Shown here: one piece after another, positions 23,301 to 30,184 of the stretch
Position numbering within the stretch: the first letter of the stretch is position 1
Layout: every line of letters begins with the position of its first letter
NCBI GenBank assembly: GCA_965216875.1
Contig: OZ244207.1
Coordinates: forward strand, 1-64,000
Reading direction: 5' to 3'
Source of the DNA: Rubripirellula sp.
Lineage (GTDB): Bacteria > Planctomycetota > Planctomycetia > Pirellulales > Pirellulaceae
DNA: 64,000 nucleotides
The notes under the pieces: model-generated
The model's database searches: none
Seen by the model: the letters and a program-made list of their open reading frames with translations, nothing else
Told to the model about the DNA's origin: nothing
Translations under genes and position numbers: made by a program

Positions 23301-26300
23301 CGGAGCTGCCAGAACCATCCAGAACGAACGTTGTTCCTTCGGTCGTGACATACGGTCCGCCAGGATTGGCGGTTGGCGGCAAGGGAATGTAGGGCTGGTC
23401 CAAGGTCAACGCTACGAAATCGCTGCCTTCGGATTCGTCGTAGACGTGGACCTGCAAGTCGAATTGTCGGGTGTCGCCCGTCTCGTTGTTCGGGTAGGTG
23501 TGGGTGACCGAAAAGGAACGCTCGCCAGCGGGGATGTCGACGCGTTGGACTGCTGTTCCGTCGCCCCAGAGGATTTCGATGCTGTGCGTGTCTTCGAGTC
23601 CAGGGTCGACGAACGTCCCAGTGATCTTGGCGAGTCTTCCCGAATCAAGTGTGAGTTCGATGGAACCTGCGCCGTCGTCGATGAATTGAGGGGAAACGTT
23701 GTCCACTCTCAGGGTCGTGGTTTCGATTGCACTGAGCCCCTCGTCATCGGTCACTCGCAACGCGATCGTGCGTGTCGCTTGTTGGTTGGCCAACGAAACG
23801 TCGACCGTTCGACCACTCACATCGTTCGTGAACTCGGTGCCGTCGTAGTTGAGATCCCAGTGATAGACAAGCGACTCGGACGATTGCTGCGGATCGGTGC
23901 TCGACGATCCATCCAGCGATAGCGAGCTTCCTTCGGTTCCAATGTAGGGACCACCGGGATTGGACGTTGGCGGATCATTGGCGGCGGCCAAAACAACCAG
24001 ATCGAGGGCCCCGTCAGACAGGGAAATCGACATGTTTTCGGATTCCGCATCGTTGGATGTTGGTCCCGAAATCGAGTTTGCGGTGACGATGGTGTAGCGG
24101 TCGTCGAGCTGGGGGACATAGCCGCCGTTCACTTCGACATTGATATGCGCCAGTGTGGCCGCGCCGTTGACTTGAAGCTGATCGAAATGGATGCCCGGTT
24201 GTGGCGTACCGTTCTCTTCAGGCGGTCCACAGATCTCAATCAGCAGGTCGCCATCAGAGGCAGTAAGGTCACCATCGACTTGTAGGATCGCGGGGGATTG
24301 GCCGGGGCTGAGCGAGCTAGCGGTTTGCGAGGCACTGCCTTGGAGGGTTCCCGAACCGACCAAATCGCTGCCGCACTGCGCCAGGGCGGCAGGTTGTAGG
24401 AAGTCGGGCGATTGGTCGGGGCTGAGCACGCCACCAGTTTGCGAGACACCGCCTTGGATGGTTCCCAATCCGGCGAAAACTCCGCCGCTCAGCCTCAGAC
24501 TGTCTGGGGTAAGGACTACCGTGCCATCCTCAAGCAACGTCGTGCCTGCTGCTTGAGTGAGTCGATGGAATCGTACGTGGGATGCACGCAGTTGAAGGTC
24601 GCCCTCGTTAGTGAAATCGATCAAACGAGGAGCCGCTTCGGTTGCGCCAACGCTAGAATCGATCGTCCAGGTGCCATGGTTCTGGACCGTGCCGGTACTG
24701 AAGACGGCTGTCACCATCGATGCATCGGCGCGATCCCTAAACGTGCCTTCATTCCGAAGCGTTCCGAATTGAAACGCTAAGTCGCGACCGACCCATGTCG
24801 CGTTGCCTTGATTGATTAGCAAATTGCGAACGGTCATACCGGTGTCGAGATCGACAGCCCCCAACGTCATGATGCCCTCGCTGACAAAAGGCGACCCTGA
24901 CGAAACGCCGCGAAGGAATTGAAAGTCGTTGGTGACCGTTAGCGTGCCACCCGCTTCAATCGATCCACCGTCAAGGATCAATTGGGGAATGGTGATCGGA
25001 TTGCCAATCGAGACGCTTCCAGTGTTGACGACGGTGCCCGCGATGTTCGTGGTTGAGTTGATTTCGCCATTGGACATCGCCAGCGTCAGCGTGCTGCCAG
25101 CTTCGGTTTCGATGGTTGATTCATCGGTGTACGTGGATGGGCCAACAAGGGTCACTTCCGCACCGTCTCTTATGATCAATGAACCGCGGTGGCTTGTTGG
25201 CGAGCAACAATCGCCAAGCGACAGACTGCCGCTGCGCACTTCGATGAGGCCATGGTTGAAAAGACGGACGTAGCGTTCGGCAAAATCATCGTTAGAAAGG
25301 GGCGCGTCGTGAATCCAATGCGCACCGGCGGCGTTGACGAGTGTCGTCGGAGGGCCATTGAAACCTGGACGTAGGAAGTCGGCGTCCGACGTCGATGTCC
25401 ATGTGCCAAAGTTTGTGATGGATGAACCATTCGCGTTGATGTCGCCGCCGATCCAACGCGAATTGTCACCGTGGACATGCAACACACTGGCGAGCAACGA
25501 CTTAGGGCGATCCGAATCAATCACAAGGTCTCCCTCGACCTCGATGTTCAATCGATTGATTTGAGCTTGGGTCCATTGAAGATCGTTGACGATCGTCAGT
25601 TTCGGAAATCCGCTGACCGCTCGCAGCGAGTCGCCTACCGAGGTCGCCACGCCTGCCAAAGCAAGGTTCGTGATTCGCGAATCGGCGTCGATCTCAATCA
25701 CTCCCTTTTCTTCAACGCGAAGTGACGCGGCGCTCTGCAGTGAACGGGCCGAGAATCGATCGCTGTTTGGTGTGCTCACCAAGATCGTTTGATCGGCGAA
25801 CGCGGGGCCGATGACGACGTGCTCGAAAGACTTTGGCAGGGCATTCGCATTAGACGTTGTGCCATCGGCGAATTCGATCGCCCAGTTACTGGCGTTGAAA
25901 ATATTGTTGTCGCCAGCTTCGCCGTCCCAAATTCGGGTAGGCCGACCGATCAAGACGTCTTCCACTTCGCCGCCGAGGACTTCACCGGTGGGGACGGGAT
26001 CGGCCGTGAATGCCGCGTCCGTTGAAAGCCGAATGCGAGCATACGTCGTGTAGGCAGAAAAGAGTGGCACTTCGGGAAAGACCAGGGTCACGTTGGTCGC
26101 ATCGGTACCCGCAGGAACCGTTGCTGTTGCTCTTTCCGTCTTGTTGTCGAAGATTCCGTCGCGGTTGTAGTCAATCCAACCGGCAAGCACTGCATCATCG
26201 TTGGTGAGGTTGGTTGCTGAAACGACAAGTTCGGGCGTTGTTGCGGGCAGCAGATCGAAGTCTGGTAGTGAGGTCGCGATTGCATCGTCTTCATCAAGAT

Positions 26301-26616
26301 CGGCCGCAGTCGATTGCAGCGAACCGTCGTCGGCATCGACACCGCGTCCCAAGAAAAGATCGGGGACGATTTCGTGGCGCGGCCCGTCGTCGGCCAACGT
26401 CGTTTGGTAGTCCCCGGCGCCGACTCCGGCTTGCGGGTCGGGCGCGTCGCCAAAATCGAAACTGCCCGCCAGGACTCGACGCATCTCTAACTGTTCCGCC
26501 ATCAGACGTCGGCGAGACCTTCGCCGGCGGTTTTTCGAGCGAGGGTTTGAACGGGACGAGCGGCGTTGGGCGGAAACCGGCATCCCAGCCGGATGGCGTG
26601 ACGATTGGTGAAACAT
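14374..26616 (-). CDS. Giant (~4080 aa) surface protein: GEVED, beta-helix, PKD x2, SdrD-B repeats, TolB/PD40 propeller, alpha/beta-hydrolase, Ig-like, choice-of-anchor-U-like, dockerin
   Basis: 'LEMRRVLA' motif; 'DFGDAP..GEVED'; 'NPGGPY..LDGSxSxDP' PKD; 'GxKFxDxNGNG..GEPGL.GW' SdrD-B; 'PSISADGRFIAF' repeats; THSAGG at 20278-20295; 'DGFAGDDDLAANGIIVDPG'; dockerin. Start uncertain (26616 or 26583; ORF open to 26802). Confidence 0.9.
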   Translation of the reverse strand: MFHQSSRHPAGMPVSAQRRSSRSNPRSKNRRRRSRRRLMAEQLEMRRVLAGSFDFGDAPDPQAGVGAGDYQTTLADDGPRHEIVPDLFLGRGVDADDGSLQSTAADLDEDDAIATSLPDFDLLPATTPELVVSATNLTNDDAVLAGWIDYNRDGIFDNKTERATATVPAGTDATNVTLVFPEVPLFSAYTTYARIRLSTDAAFTADPVPTGEVLGGEVEDVLIGRPTRIWDGEAGDNNIFNASNWAIEFADGTTSNANALPKSFEHVVIGPAFADQTILVSTPNSDRFSARSLQSAASLRVEEKGVIEIDADSRITNLALAGVATSVGDSLRAVSGFPKLTIVNDLQWTQAQINRLNIEVEGDLVIDSDRPKSLLASVLHVHGDNSRWIGGDINANGSSITNFGTWTSTSDADFLRPGFNGPPTTLVNAAGAHWIHDAPLSNDDFAERYVRLFNHGLIEVRSGSLSLGDCCSPTSHRGSLIIRDGAEVTLVGPSTYTDESTIETEAGSTLTLAMSNGEINSTTNIAGTVVNTGSVSIGNPITIPQLILDGGSIEAGGTLTVTNDFQFLRGVSSGSPFVSEGIMTLGAVDLDTGMTVRNLLINQGNATWVGRDLAFQFGTLRNEGTFRDRADASMVTAVFSTGTVQNHGTWTIDSSVGATEAAPRLIDFTNEGDLQLRASHVRFHRLTQAAGTTLLEDGTVVLTPDSLRLSGGVFAGLGTIQGGVSQTGGVLSPDQSPDFLQPAALAQCGSDLVGSGTLQGSASQTASSLSPGQSPAILQVDGDLTASDGDLLIEICGPPEENGTPQPGIHFDQLQVNGAATLAHINVEVNGGYVPQLDDRYTIVTANSISGPTSNDAESENMSISLSDGALDLVVLAAANDPPTSNPGGPYIGTEGSSLSLDGSSSTDPQQSSESLVYHWDLNYDGTEFTNDVSGRTVDVSLANQQATRTIALRVTDDEGLSAIETTTLRVDNVSPQFIDDGAGSIELTLDSGRLAKITGTFVDPGLEDTHSIEILWGDGTAVQRVDIPAGERSFSVTHTYPNNETGDTRQFDLQVHVYDESEGSDFVALTLDQPYIPLPPTANPGGPYVTTEGTTFVLDGSGSSDPNQSSESLTYRWDFDYDGATFDVDASGRQVIHAFANDRANPFTVALQVTDNDGLTDLQTTTVQVSNIAPEWFVDLTRPRALAWSIDENYVATLTGQFFDPGQDRHLITIDWGDGSDPQKIDLPAGDRDFAFTHRYETPPAPIERTVSATVADQDGGEDTTSISVTINEPRAVVAGIKFDDRDGNGIQDVGELGLAGWEIQLIDVASGNVVASTSTDATGAYSFDDVPLGQYIVQEVPQTGWRQTFPIAPIVRQSVDESGDQADGHHQSPSISADGRFIAFSSLASDLVPGDDNGWRDVFVKDTLTGSIERISLPNAGGQANGPSYAPSISADGNQIAFQSWAGNLVQNDRNGAADIFVFDRRTQSTRRVSVNLDGDEANSNSHVPVISGDGRFVAFESPATNLVAGDTNAAADIFVVDLATGLIQLESVSSDRTRSDRDSYQPSLSHDGRFLVFTSAARTFFADDRDGDLDVFLRDRNRGTTQRISQDRSGTPGNLESHSPWVSGDGSTVAFVSNANNLFPTDSGATPDIFVADVATGRITQVTHGNGPSRRPSLTADGSQVWFVSHASDLISGDDNEGPDLFLFDLDLQYVQRYGQIADGSENHFELDPVISADGSTLAFASYGDRLVNDDSNQTADIFSQRTIGTHTVTVASASRIDGIDFGNQYRLSSISGQKFLDANSNGVRDVDASTGNFTEEGLDGWTIQVVNQRTGESHQTVTQSIDLDGDGSIDPFTERGHYQFLALPPAEYEVFELLEEGWVPTFPRLAFTPPLDFRAPVVPDPPPPGPSNDARLSLPQERQSRTQRVVTPVTTIPAVADGQKEQLPILYVKGFNDDGAGWAEAGLYFQRLADISGGRDYEAGSGGIETYGIQFWSTDDGDPNLDINDDPNDRSGAIVQTLDALANPNNPLRKPSAQEFVLESLNEIFAGLFQPANWIPECPDFPDLTTCSIPALSFDFVEARTSYNENGLARDHAEDLLELLQDQLGRVGPLSDDSQVNFLTHSAGGLDTRAALALVQETGDPALQEAISNVVYTAPPFGGSTAGEMLNAFYENHRLASFVADPWVTEFLLDSALGPFESLMRLVFAEPIAASVYQASNLLSGSYASTADRIAAVPTQEEIGLAIDQTIADLDGFIKNITTNLPGGSFGLAQIDELLSDTSNNFTHTIRHEIVDDVVLPVIKQALTVAIGLPGLPKLRDDLRPYEAIHDNIERFDANLQIPQFVVWGEGGFLRYLAQMGGVDPSTPFPVNSGPPLELAASDPRSLHAYGNENREGLDFSQIDIQPGDGNLSRTSALFMTDLAGGYMTALAGFSRHTHGSIPTDVYNTETNIQGSFLDHDDDNEASLGEVIVETLLTPVTSVAVTEETVVVDADARTYRLNNASEISFVPESRTFEDDFGRELHVYASAVEYRVGVEGEIDSATWVEVDPDQFSRRAVAMTNELGIADEQPFTLQWRSMNQHGGREAIRTATFIVDTEAPSLQYVDVFDNEAPGDESQIHFAARPLLSQTFQSRESFDPTSTSGPTDWYLNLDRGKQIHLEFDSPLTFEYGWNDPNLSSPRTSVQGDPASGIVDLIVMRRDPGSIPPLGIGLTLLNEGTQVLYYRTSDANGNQSAIQSIAFFVDDVAPQVSLSTEANQIVGPSTPITFLANDAGAGIAEAWITLPGVGNLAPDSSFTLSETTIDAQLNSGDTVELAAYAADLVANETSVTLPVTYDFEAPTITFESVSIGTTLGDGRVITTTNEVTLVVHVADDAAGLELDSLTWTVGALSNTSLVRGTLEPLGENRFEIVVPLSTGENHLQITAVDNVLNHATTTLTLLRSPSHLIETNRGDRIEGVDFGNTRFGSIAGVTYVDVDGDLRFTSGVDQPLEDIVVFADRNENGVLDPNEPTAQSDASGRYVLENLPPRTHILRTIEPTGYDLVSPPSGFQEVTLGAIDAAENVSFGFDFLGATIAGTVFEDINANGTMDPGESPIEGFEVALSIGAQTTSQDFATTSNNDGSFSFTGLDAGDYTVLARGGSQFEITTEIPRVVSIASNDVDEKTLIGLFETTSISGAVFEDLDRDGNRDGGEESLAGFSVEIDYHSDDTIDEVVTSTPSGYSLSGLPAGTHAIAPVLPPGFSPTQLMRNGRLSFTIESGSQVSGLDFGVADDRGSVRGKKFDDRNGNAQQDPGEPGLSGWTIFADLNENESLDAGEPSTVTQADGSYELRLPSGDYVIREVQQTGWVQTFPASVAYESISDAIAVKNGLQFGGEHLVWFEFGSESKLVRHDGTEVVEVTQIGDGSITSVGINDDGTVSWVLDPDRSRDDDEDAHDIYQFRAGVTSRLTRNHVEDHSIVTDGNNLVYNSDRSLFYNDGGKTILLAQWGFSPAADGGAVAFGAIRVEDNRRTIYHFDGQSRREIVAAQGAILTSIDVHGELTAWSEFDTATDRFSIWLDDGQTSQTIATGPEGVSDIQVDQFGNVAWLKWTGDDSADVVLYRSGSTTDLTSDGGEKIDLSLDAGVAAWTSVANSTNQVFIFDGRDILEPDFAFAYGAVVDEGRVAFFAADQVSLSSTEVYVSDVRSFHAISIGSGQSVNNIDFGNQAENATLSGIVYLDNNGNGVQDPGEPPRRSVTIELLSLPGRNLLASVATNEDGQFEFAVPGNEQVFVRAVSPSGQEVSQPSNGSYTVTTVAGEQLSDLNFGVAPTTSSDTDGVADTIENGAPGNGDGNDDGILDSQQHHVTSVPNAVDGTYVTIVAPAGSELVAVAVSDANPDPDNTPRSASFPVGFIHFEVHGIDVGETIDVTIHLHNNALLSNYYKYGPTPDETKPHFYPFERTSKNGIQSISAGEIVLRFTDGFAGDDDLAANGIIVDPGAPFMVSSGPSRNPVDPTDVNNDGTTSALDALLVINRLARSGDGSNMDDTLTFLDVNGDSESTALDALVVINEMARRSNAPPESEAPATAIFDLPREIDQDDELDETIELLARDLNGIAT

Positions 26617-26801
26617 GGCGGATTCCGGCAGATCGTTGGAGCGGGATTGGGGGGCGCGAGGGCAAGCATCCCCCAGTCCCCAGGTGCAACGCATTGCAGG
26701 ACCCGGACACCGGTTTTTCAGATTTCTTGATCGTTGTTGATTTCGAGGAGGTGCGGATCGTGCCACCAGAACAACGACTTGCGCAGTTTGGGCAGTGCCC
26801 A

Positions 26802-26907
26802 TGAGCCGCTGGGCGTTAGGCCGCTGGCCGTGAGGCCTCGGGCCCTTGCCGACGCGCAGCGGGTGCGAAGGCGAGTGAGGCCCGGCCGCTTACGCGATCG
26901 CGGCTCA
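26802..26907. repeat. TGAG-type REP-like inverted element
   Basis: TGAGCCG... at left and ...CGGCTCA at right; similar ends at 34981-35084 and a partial copy near 4980-5016. Confidence 0.6.
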
Positions 26908-26969
26908 ATCGGGCTCTAAGGCCCGGAGAGGGGTTGTATGGACGATGCCCTTCCCGGACTTTGCGTCAG

Positions 26970-26991
26970 ACCCTCCCGCAAGCGGGAGGGT
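26970..26991. terminator. Perfect GC-rich hairpin ACCCTCCCGC-AA-GCGGGAGGGT downstream of kinase gene
   Basis: 10-bp perfect inverted repeat ~70 nt after the kinase stop; no clear U-tract, so it may be a small repeat element instead. Confidence 0.4.
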
Positions 26992-27060
26992 GATTGTTGG
27001 AGCTCGCGTTAACCTTGGCAAGCACTTTACCTCATGGCACCGTAACACCAATCCGTAGCA

Positions 27061-29478
27061 CTAGTACCTAGCAGGCGACTTTTCGGCATCGAAAAGGTGA
27101 AAATGATTGTGGTCGATGTAGATCACTTGAGTCGATTCCTCGTCCGTCTTGACGTGCGGGATGGGGTAATTGACCTTGGTCGTCTTGTCGAAGTAGATGG
27201 TGCACTTGTAGTGAGCGTGGTGCAGTTGGGCGTTGCCAAGCAGCGGGTAAAAACGTGGCGGATCGACGTAGTCTGCGATCTTCTCCTTAACCACGCGAAA
27301 GTTGCTTCGGTCTTCTTCCAGCACAAAAGGAGTGTCTTTCTCAGGCAGGACCTTTTTGAGGACATCGAGTACTTGGCTGTCTGTCGGCGGATCGAGAGCT
27401 CGCGGTGCCCCATGTGAAGTGATCGGTCCCAAGACGGAGAATCTCTTGTACGGCTCGGTGAACGCGATTGCAGGCGAACGCTTGGTCGACAGGACGTTTC
27501 GGTTTCCGATTCTCAATACGCCAATGAGAATGCCGCGGCGCTGTGCTTCTTTAATGAGGTCAATGCCCGGATCGACCTTGCTCGAAACGATCGTCTCAAT
27601 CGTCGAAAGTGGAGACGTGGATTGGGGAAAGTAAATCGCCTTGGTCAACAGCTGACCAGCCAATACTTGTTCAACATCCTCACTGGTGATGTTGATTGGT
27701 ATGGCATTGTGCGTCAGGTAGGCACCGGTGTCTGCGGTTATCTTCTCGAGATCCAGCGTTGCGTAGAGTTCGACGCCCGCCCTACCAGGAACCTTGGTGA
27801 TCAACAGATGATGCGTCGCTCCGGCTGCTAGGTCGACACGTGTCGGGCAGACCAGGGGAACGGTGGGAGAGCTGGAGCTTGCGCTTAAGATCTCCGTTCC
27901 AAGTCCCATCAGCCGGACTTGAATGGTGGAGGAACCAAGCTGATCAAAGTTGGCTTCGTCGCCGATGGTTTCCGTCGGACGGTGCTCGGATGGTTGTGAT
28001 TTGATTCGCGCGACCCACTCTCCGCCCCATCTCAGCTCGAACGTTCCACCATTGATATAGAGTTCAGTGTCGGGGTCGACTATCTCAATGACGTAATTGC
28101 CCGCCCGCAATCGCGTACTCGCCCCCGACGAATCCACGGTCAAGTGTTCGACCGTCTTTCCGTCCTTGGTGATGCGGATGGGGACCGGCGCCGCTTCGTT
28201 GCTTTCGATGGTGATCGTCCCTTTGCCGGTCTCGACAACCACGATGGCCATGATCAAAGCGACCAAGGCTGTTCCGATTCCGATCAAGGCACGCCGGTTG
28301 ATCCAGCCACGCATCGTCGGCTTGGGCGGCAGCATTGTCTCGGCGCGTTCAGGCAGCGGAATCGACGTGGGGTCGTGGGCGTGCGCGAGGCATTGCTTGA
28401 GCAAGAGTTCAACATCTTCGGCCGACTCGAAGCGGCTCGTAGGATCCTTGGACAACAGCTTCATGACAATCGACTCGAGCCATTCGGGTAGCTCGGGGTT
28501 GATTTCCCTCACTGGCCTCGGGCTGTCGTCGGTGATGCGGCGCATCACGGCGTAGCTCGAATCCGCGCGAAACGGAGGATGCCCGGTGCTCATGGCGTAA
28601 AGCACACAGCCGAGGCCAAACAAGTCGCTACGCATGTCGATCGTTTCGCCACGCACTTGCTCGGGTGACATGTAATGGGGAGTGCCGGGATGGAAGCCGC
28701 TCCGCGTTAGGCAAGCATCATCTTCGGCTCGCGCCAATCCGAAATCGGTCAACAGGGTGCGTTCGACATCTTCGTCGAGCAGAATGTTGGACGGTTTGAC
28801 GTCGCGGTGAATCAAACCATGCGAGTGGGCCGCTGCGAGTCCGTTGGCAATCTGCATGCCGACCCGAAGGATTTCGCTGGTCGTCAGCGGGCCATCACGA
28901 TCGATCCGTTGTTGCAATGAACCGCCGGCAACGTACTGCATCACCAAAAACGGAGGTTCGTCGCTGTGGGATTCCACGTTATGGATCGGAACGACGTGGT
29001 CGTTGATAATCGCGGCGGCCGCGCGGGCTTCGCGAGCAAACCGTTGGCGGGCCGCACCGCTCATCGCCAAGTGAGGCGCGAGAACTTTGATCGCGACGGG
29101 GCGATTCAGCTCGGTATCGAACGCTTTGAAAACAATTCCCATGCCGCCGCTCCCAACAAGTCGCTCGATGTCGAAACGCCCCAATCGGCCGAGCATCTCG
29201 GGATGTGTGGCGGGCGCGAGCAATGACTTGGCCATCGCTTCCGTCCAACCATCGGCATTGCGGCCATCGACTGCGTTGTCGAAATTGTCCTCGGCATTCC
29301 AGCTTGCAGACAAACGACTCTGGGCTTCCATCCATTGGCTCTTGTCTGCGGCAAGCTGCGTGAGATGCTGCTGGCATGTCTCACACGATTCAATGTGCTC
29401 GGCAGCCGAGTGTTGGTCCGTCGAGTTCTCGTCATCCGACTTCAAAAGCTCTGGCAGGTTCAGTTCATCACACTTCAT
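27061..29478 (-). CDS. Hanks-type Ser/Thr protein kinase with N-terminal zinc-finger (anti-sigma-like), one TM helix and extracytoplasmic C-terminal domains
   Basis: HxxxCxxC (HIESCETC); GSGGMGIV, VAIK, HRDVKPSN, DFG, GTPHYMSPE; TM 'ALIGIGTALVALIMAIVVV'. Confidence 0.95.
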   Translation of the reverse strand: MKCDELNLPELLKSDDENSTDQHSAAEHIESCETCQQHLTQLAADKSQWMEAQSRLSASWNAEDNFDNAVDGRNADGWTEAMAKSLLAPATHPEMLGRLGRFDIERLVGSGGMGIVFKAFDTELNRPVAIKVLAPHLAMSGAARQRFAREARAAAAIINDHVVPIHNVESHSDEPPFLVMQYVAGGSLQQRIDRDGPLTTSEILRVGMQIANGLAAAHSHGLIHRDVKPSNILLDEDVERTLLTDFGLARAEDDACLTRSGFHPGTPHYMSPEQVRGETIDMRSDLFGLGCVLYAMSTGHPPFRADSSYAVMRRITDDSPRPVREINPELPEWLESIVMKLLSKDPTSRFESAEDVELLLKQCLAHAHDPTSIPLPERAETMLPPKPTMRGWINRRALIGIGTALVALIMAIVVVETGKGTITIESNEAAPVPIRITKDGKTVEHLTVDSSGASTRLRAGNYVIEIVDPDTELYINGGTFELRWGGEWVARIKSQPSEHRPTETIGDEANFDQLGSSTIQVRLMGLGTEILSASSSSPTVPLVCPTRVDLAAGATHHLLITKVPGRAGVELYATLDLEKITADTGAYLTHNAIPINITSEDVEQVLAGQLLTKAIYFPQSTSPLSTIETIVSSKVDPGIDLIKEAQRRGILIGVLRIGNRNVLSTKRSPAIAFTEPYKRFSVLGPITSHGAPRALDPPTDSQVLDVLKKVLPEKDTPFVLEEDRSNFRVVKEKIADYVDPPRFYPLLGNAQLHHAHYKCTIYFDKTTKVNYPIPHVKTDEESTQVIYIDHNHFHLFDAEKSPARY

Positions 29479-30079
29479 CGAAGAAACTCTCCTTCATCTG
29501 GTCGACGATCTCTTGTAGTCGATTCATGACGCGGCAACGGGCGATGTAGACACTTCCGGGGCTCATGTCGAGTTGACTAGCCACCGCGGCAACGCCTTGG
29601 TCGAGTACGGTTGTTCGGTGGAATGCTTCCCAGGTTTTTTCAGACACTTTCTCGCGGACGATCGCAGATGCTCGCGAGTAGACTTCGCGTCGAAACTCAA
29701 TGTCCCAGTCGCTGGCCGGGTCCGACGCTTCGGGCAGTCTTGCCAGTTCCGCCGTCGCTGCACTGCCGCCGGTGCTCCAAGCCCGGTGTTTTCGACGGGT
29801 TAGAAAGTCGATTGCATTGTTTCGAGTGATACGAAACAACCACGATCGAAATGGACCGCGGTCTTCACGCTCAAGCCATCGCGAGACGGCACTGGCGACA
29901 GCGCACAGGACTTCTTGTACGCAGTCCTCGGCGTCGGCCGGCTGCAATCCTGATCTTCGAGCCGCCCGGTAAATGACGGGCCGGTAGAGCGTCTCGAACT
30001 CATCCCAAGCGGCGGCATCCCGGGCATTGGGGAGCCGCAGAATCAAGCTAGCTCGGGTGTCGGGAGGAATCGTGGGCAA
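29468..30079 (-). CDS. ECF sigma-70 factor (kinase-associated type)
   Basis: 'DTRASLILRL', 'DAEDCVQEV', 'FRSWLFRITRN', region-4 'VASQLDMSPGSVYIARCRV'; overlaps kinase start by 11 nt; TTG 30079 preceded by GGAG (ORF open to 30133). Confidence 0.93.
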   Translation of the reverse strand: MPTIPPDTRASLILRLPNARDAAAWDEFETLYRPVIYRAARRSGLQPADAEDCVQEVLCAVASAVSRWLEREDRGPFRSWLFRITRNNAIDFLTRRKHRAWSTGGSAATAELARLPEASDPASDWDIEFRREVYSRASAIVREKVSEKTWEAFHRTTVLDQGVAAVASQLDMSPGSVYIARCRVMNRLQEIVDQMKESFFDEV

Positions 30080-30134
30080 CGCAACGGCTCCGGGCAATGC
30101 AGCCAAGTTGTATGAGTTGATTTGTTCTATCAAC

Positions 30135-30162
30135 TTGACTCAGCTGCCGGCGCAATCTTTCA
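30135..30162 (-). promoter_or_regulatory. Possible ECF-type autoregulatory promoter
   Basis: Minus strand TGAAAG-N17-GTCAA ~55 nt upstream of the likely ECF start; shape only, not validated. Confidence 0.25.
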
Positions 30163-30184
30163 CGCCACCTCGCCATTTTCTTTG

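Noticed and set aside
26617..26802. N-terminal 62-aa extension of the giant ORF
   Set aside because: Begins at the edge of a REP-like element and has non-coding-like composition; downstream ATGs fit the planctomycete leader pattern better
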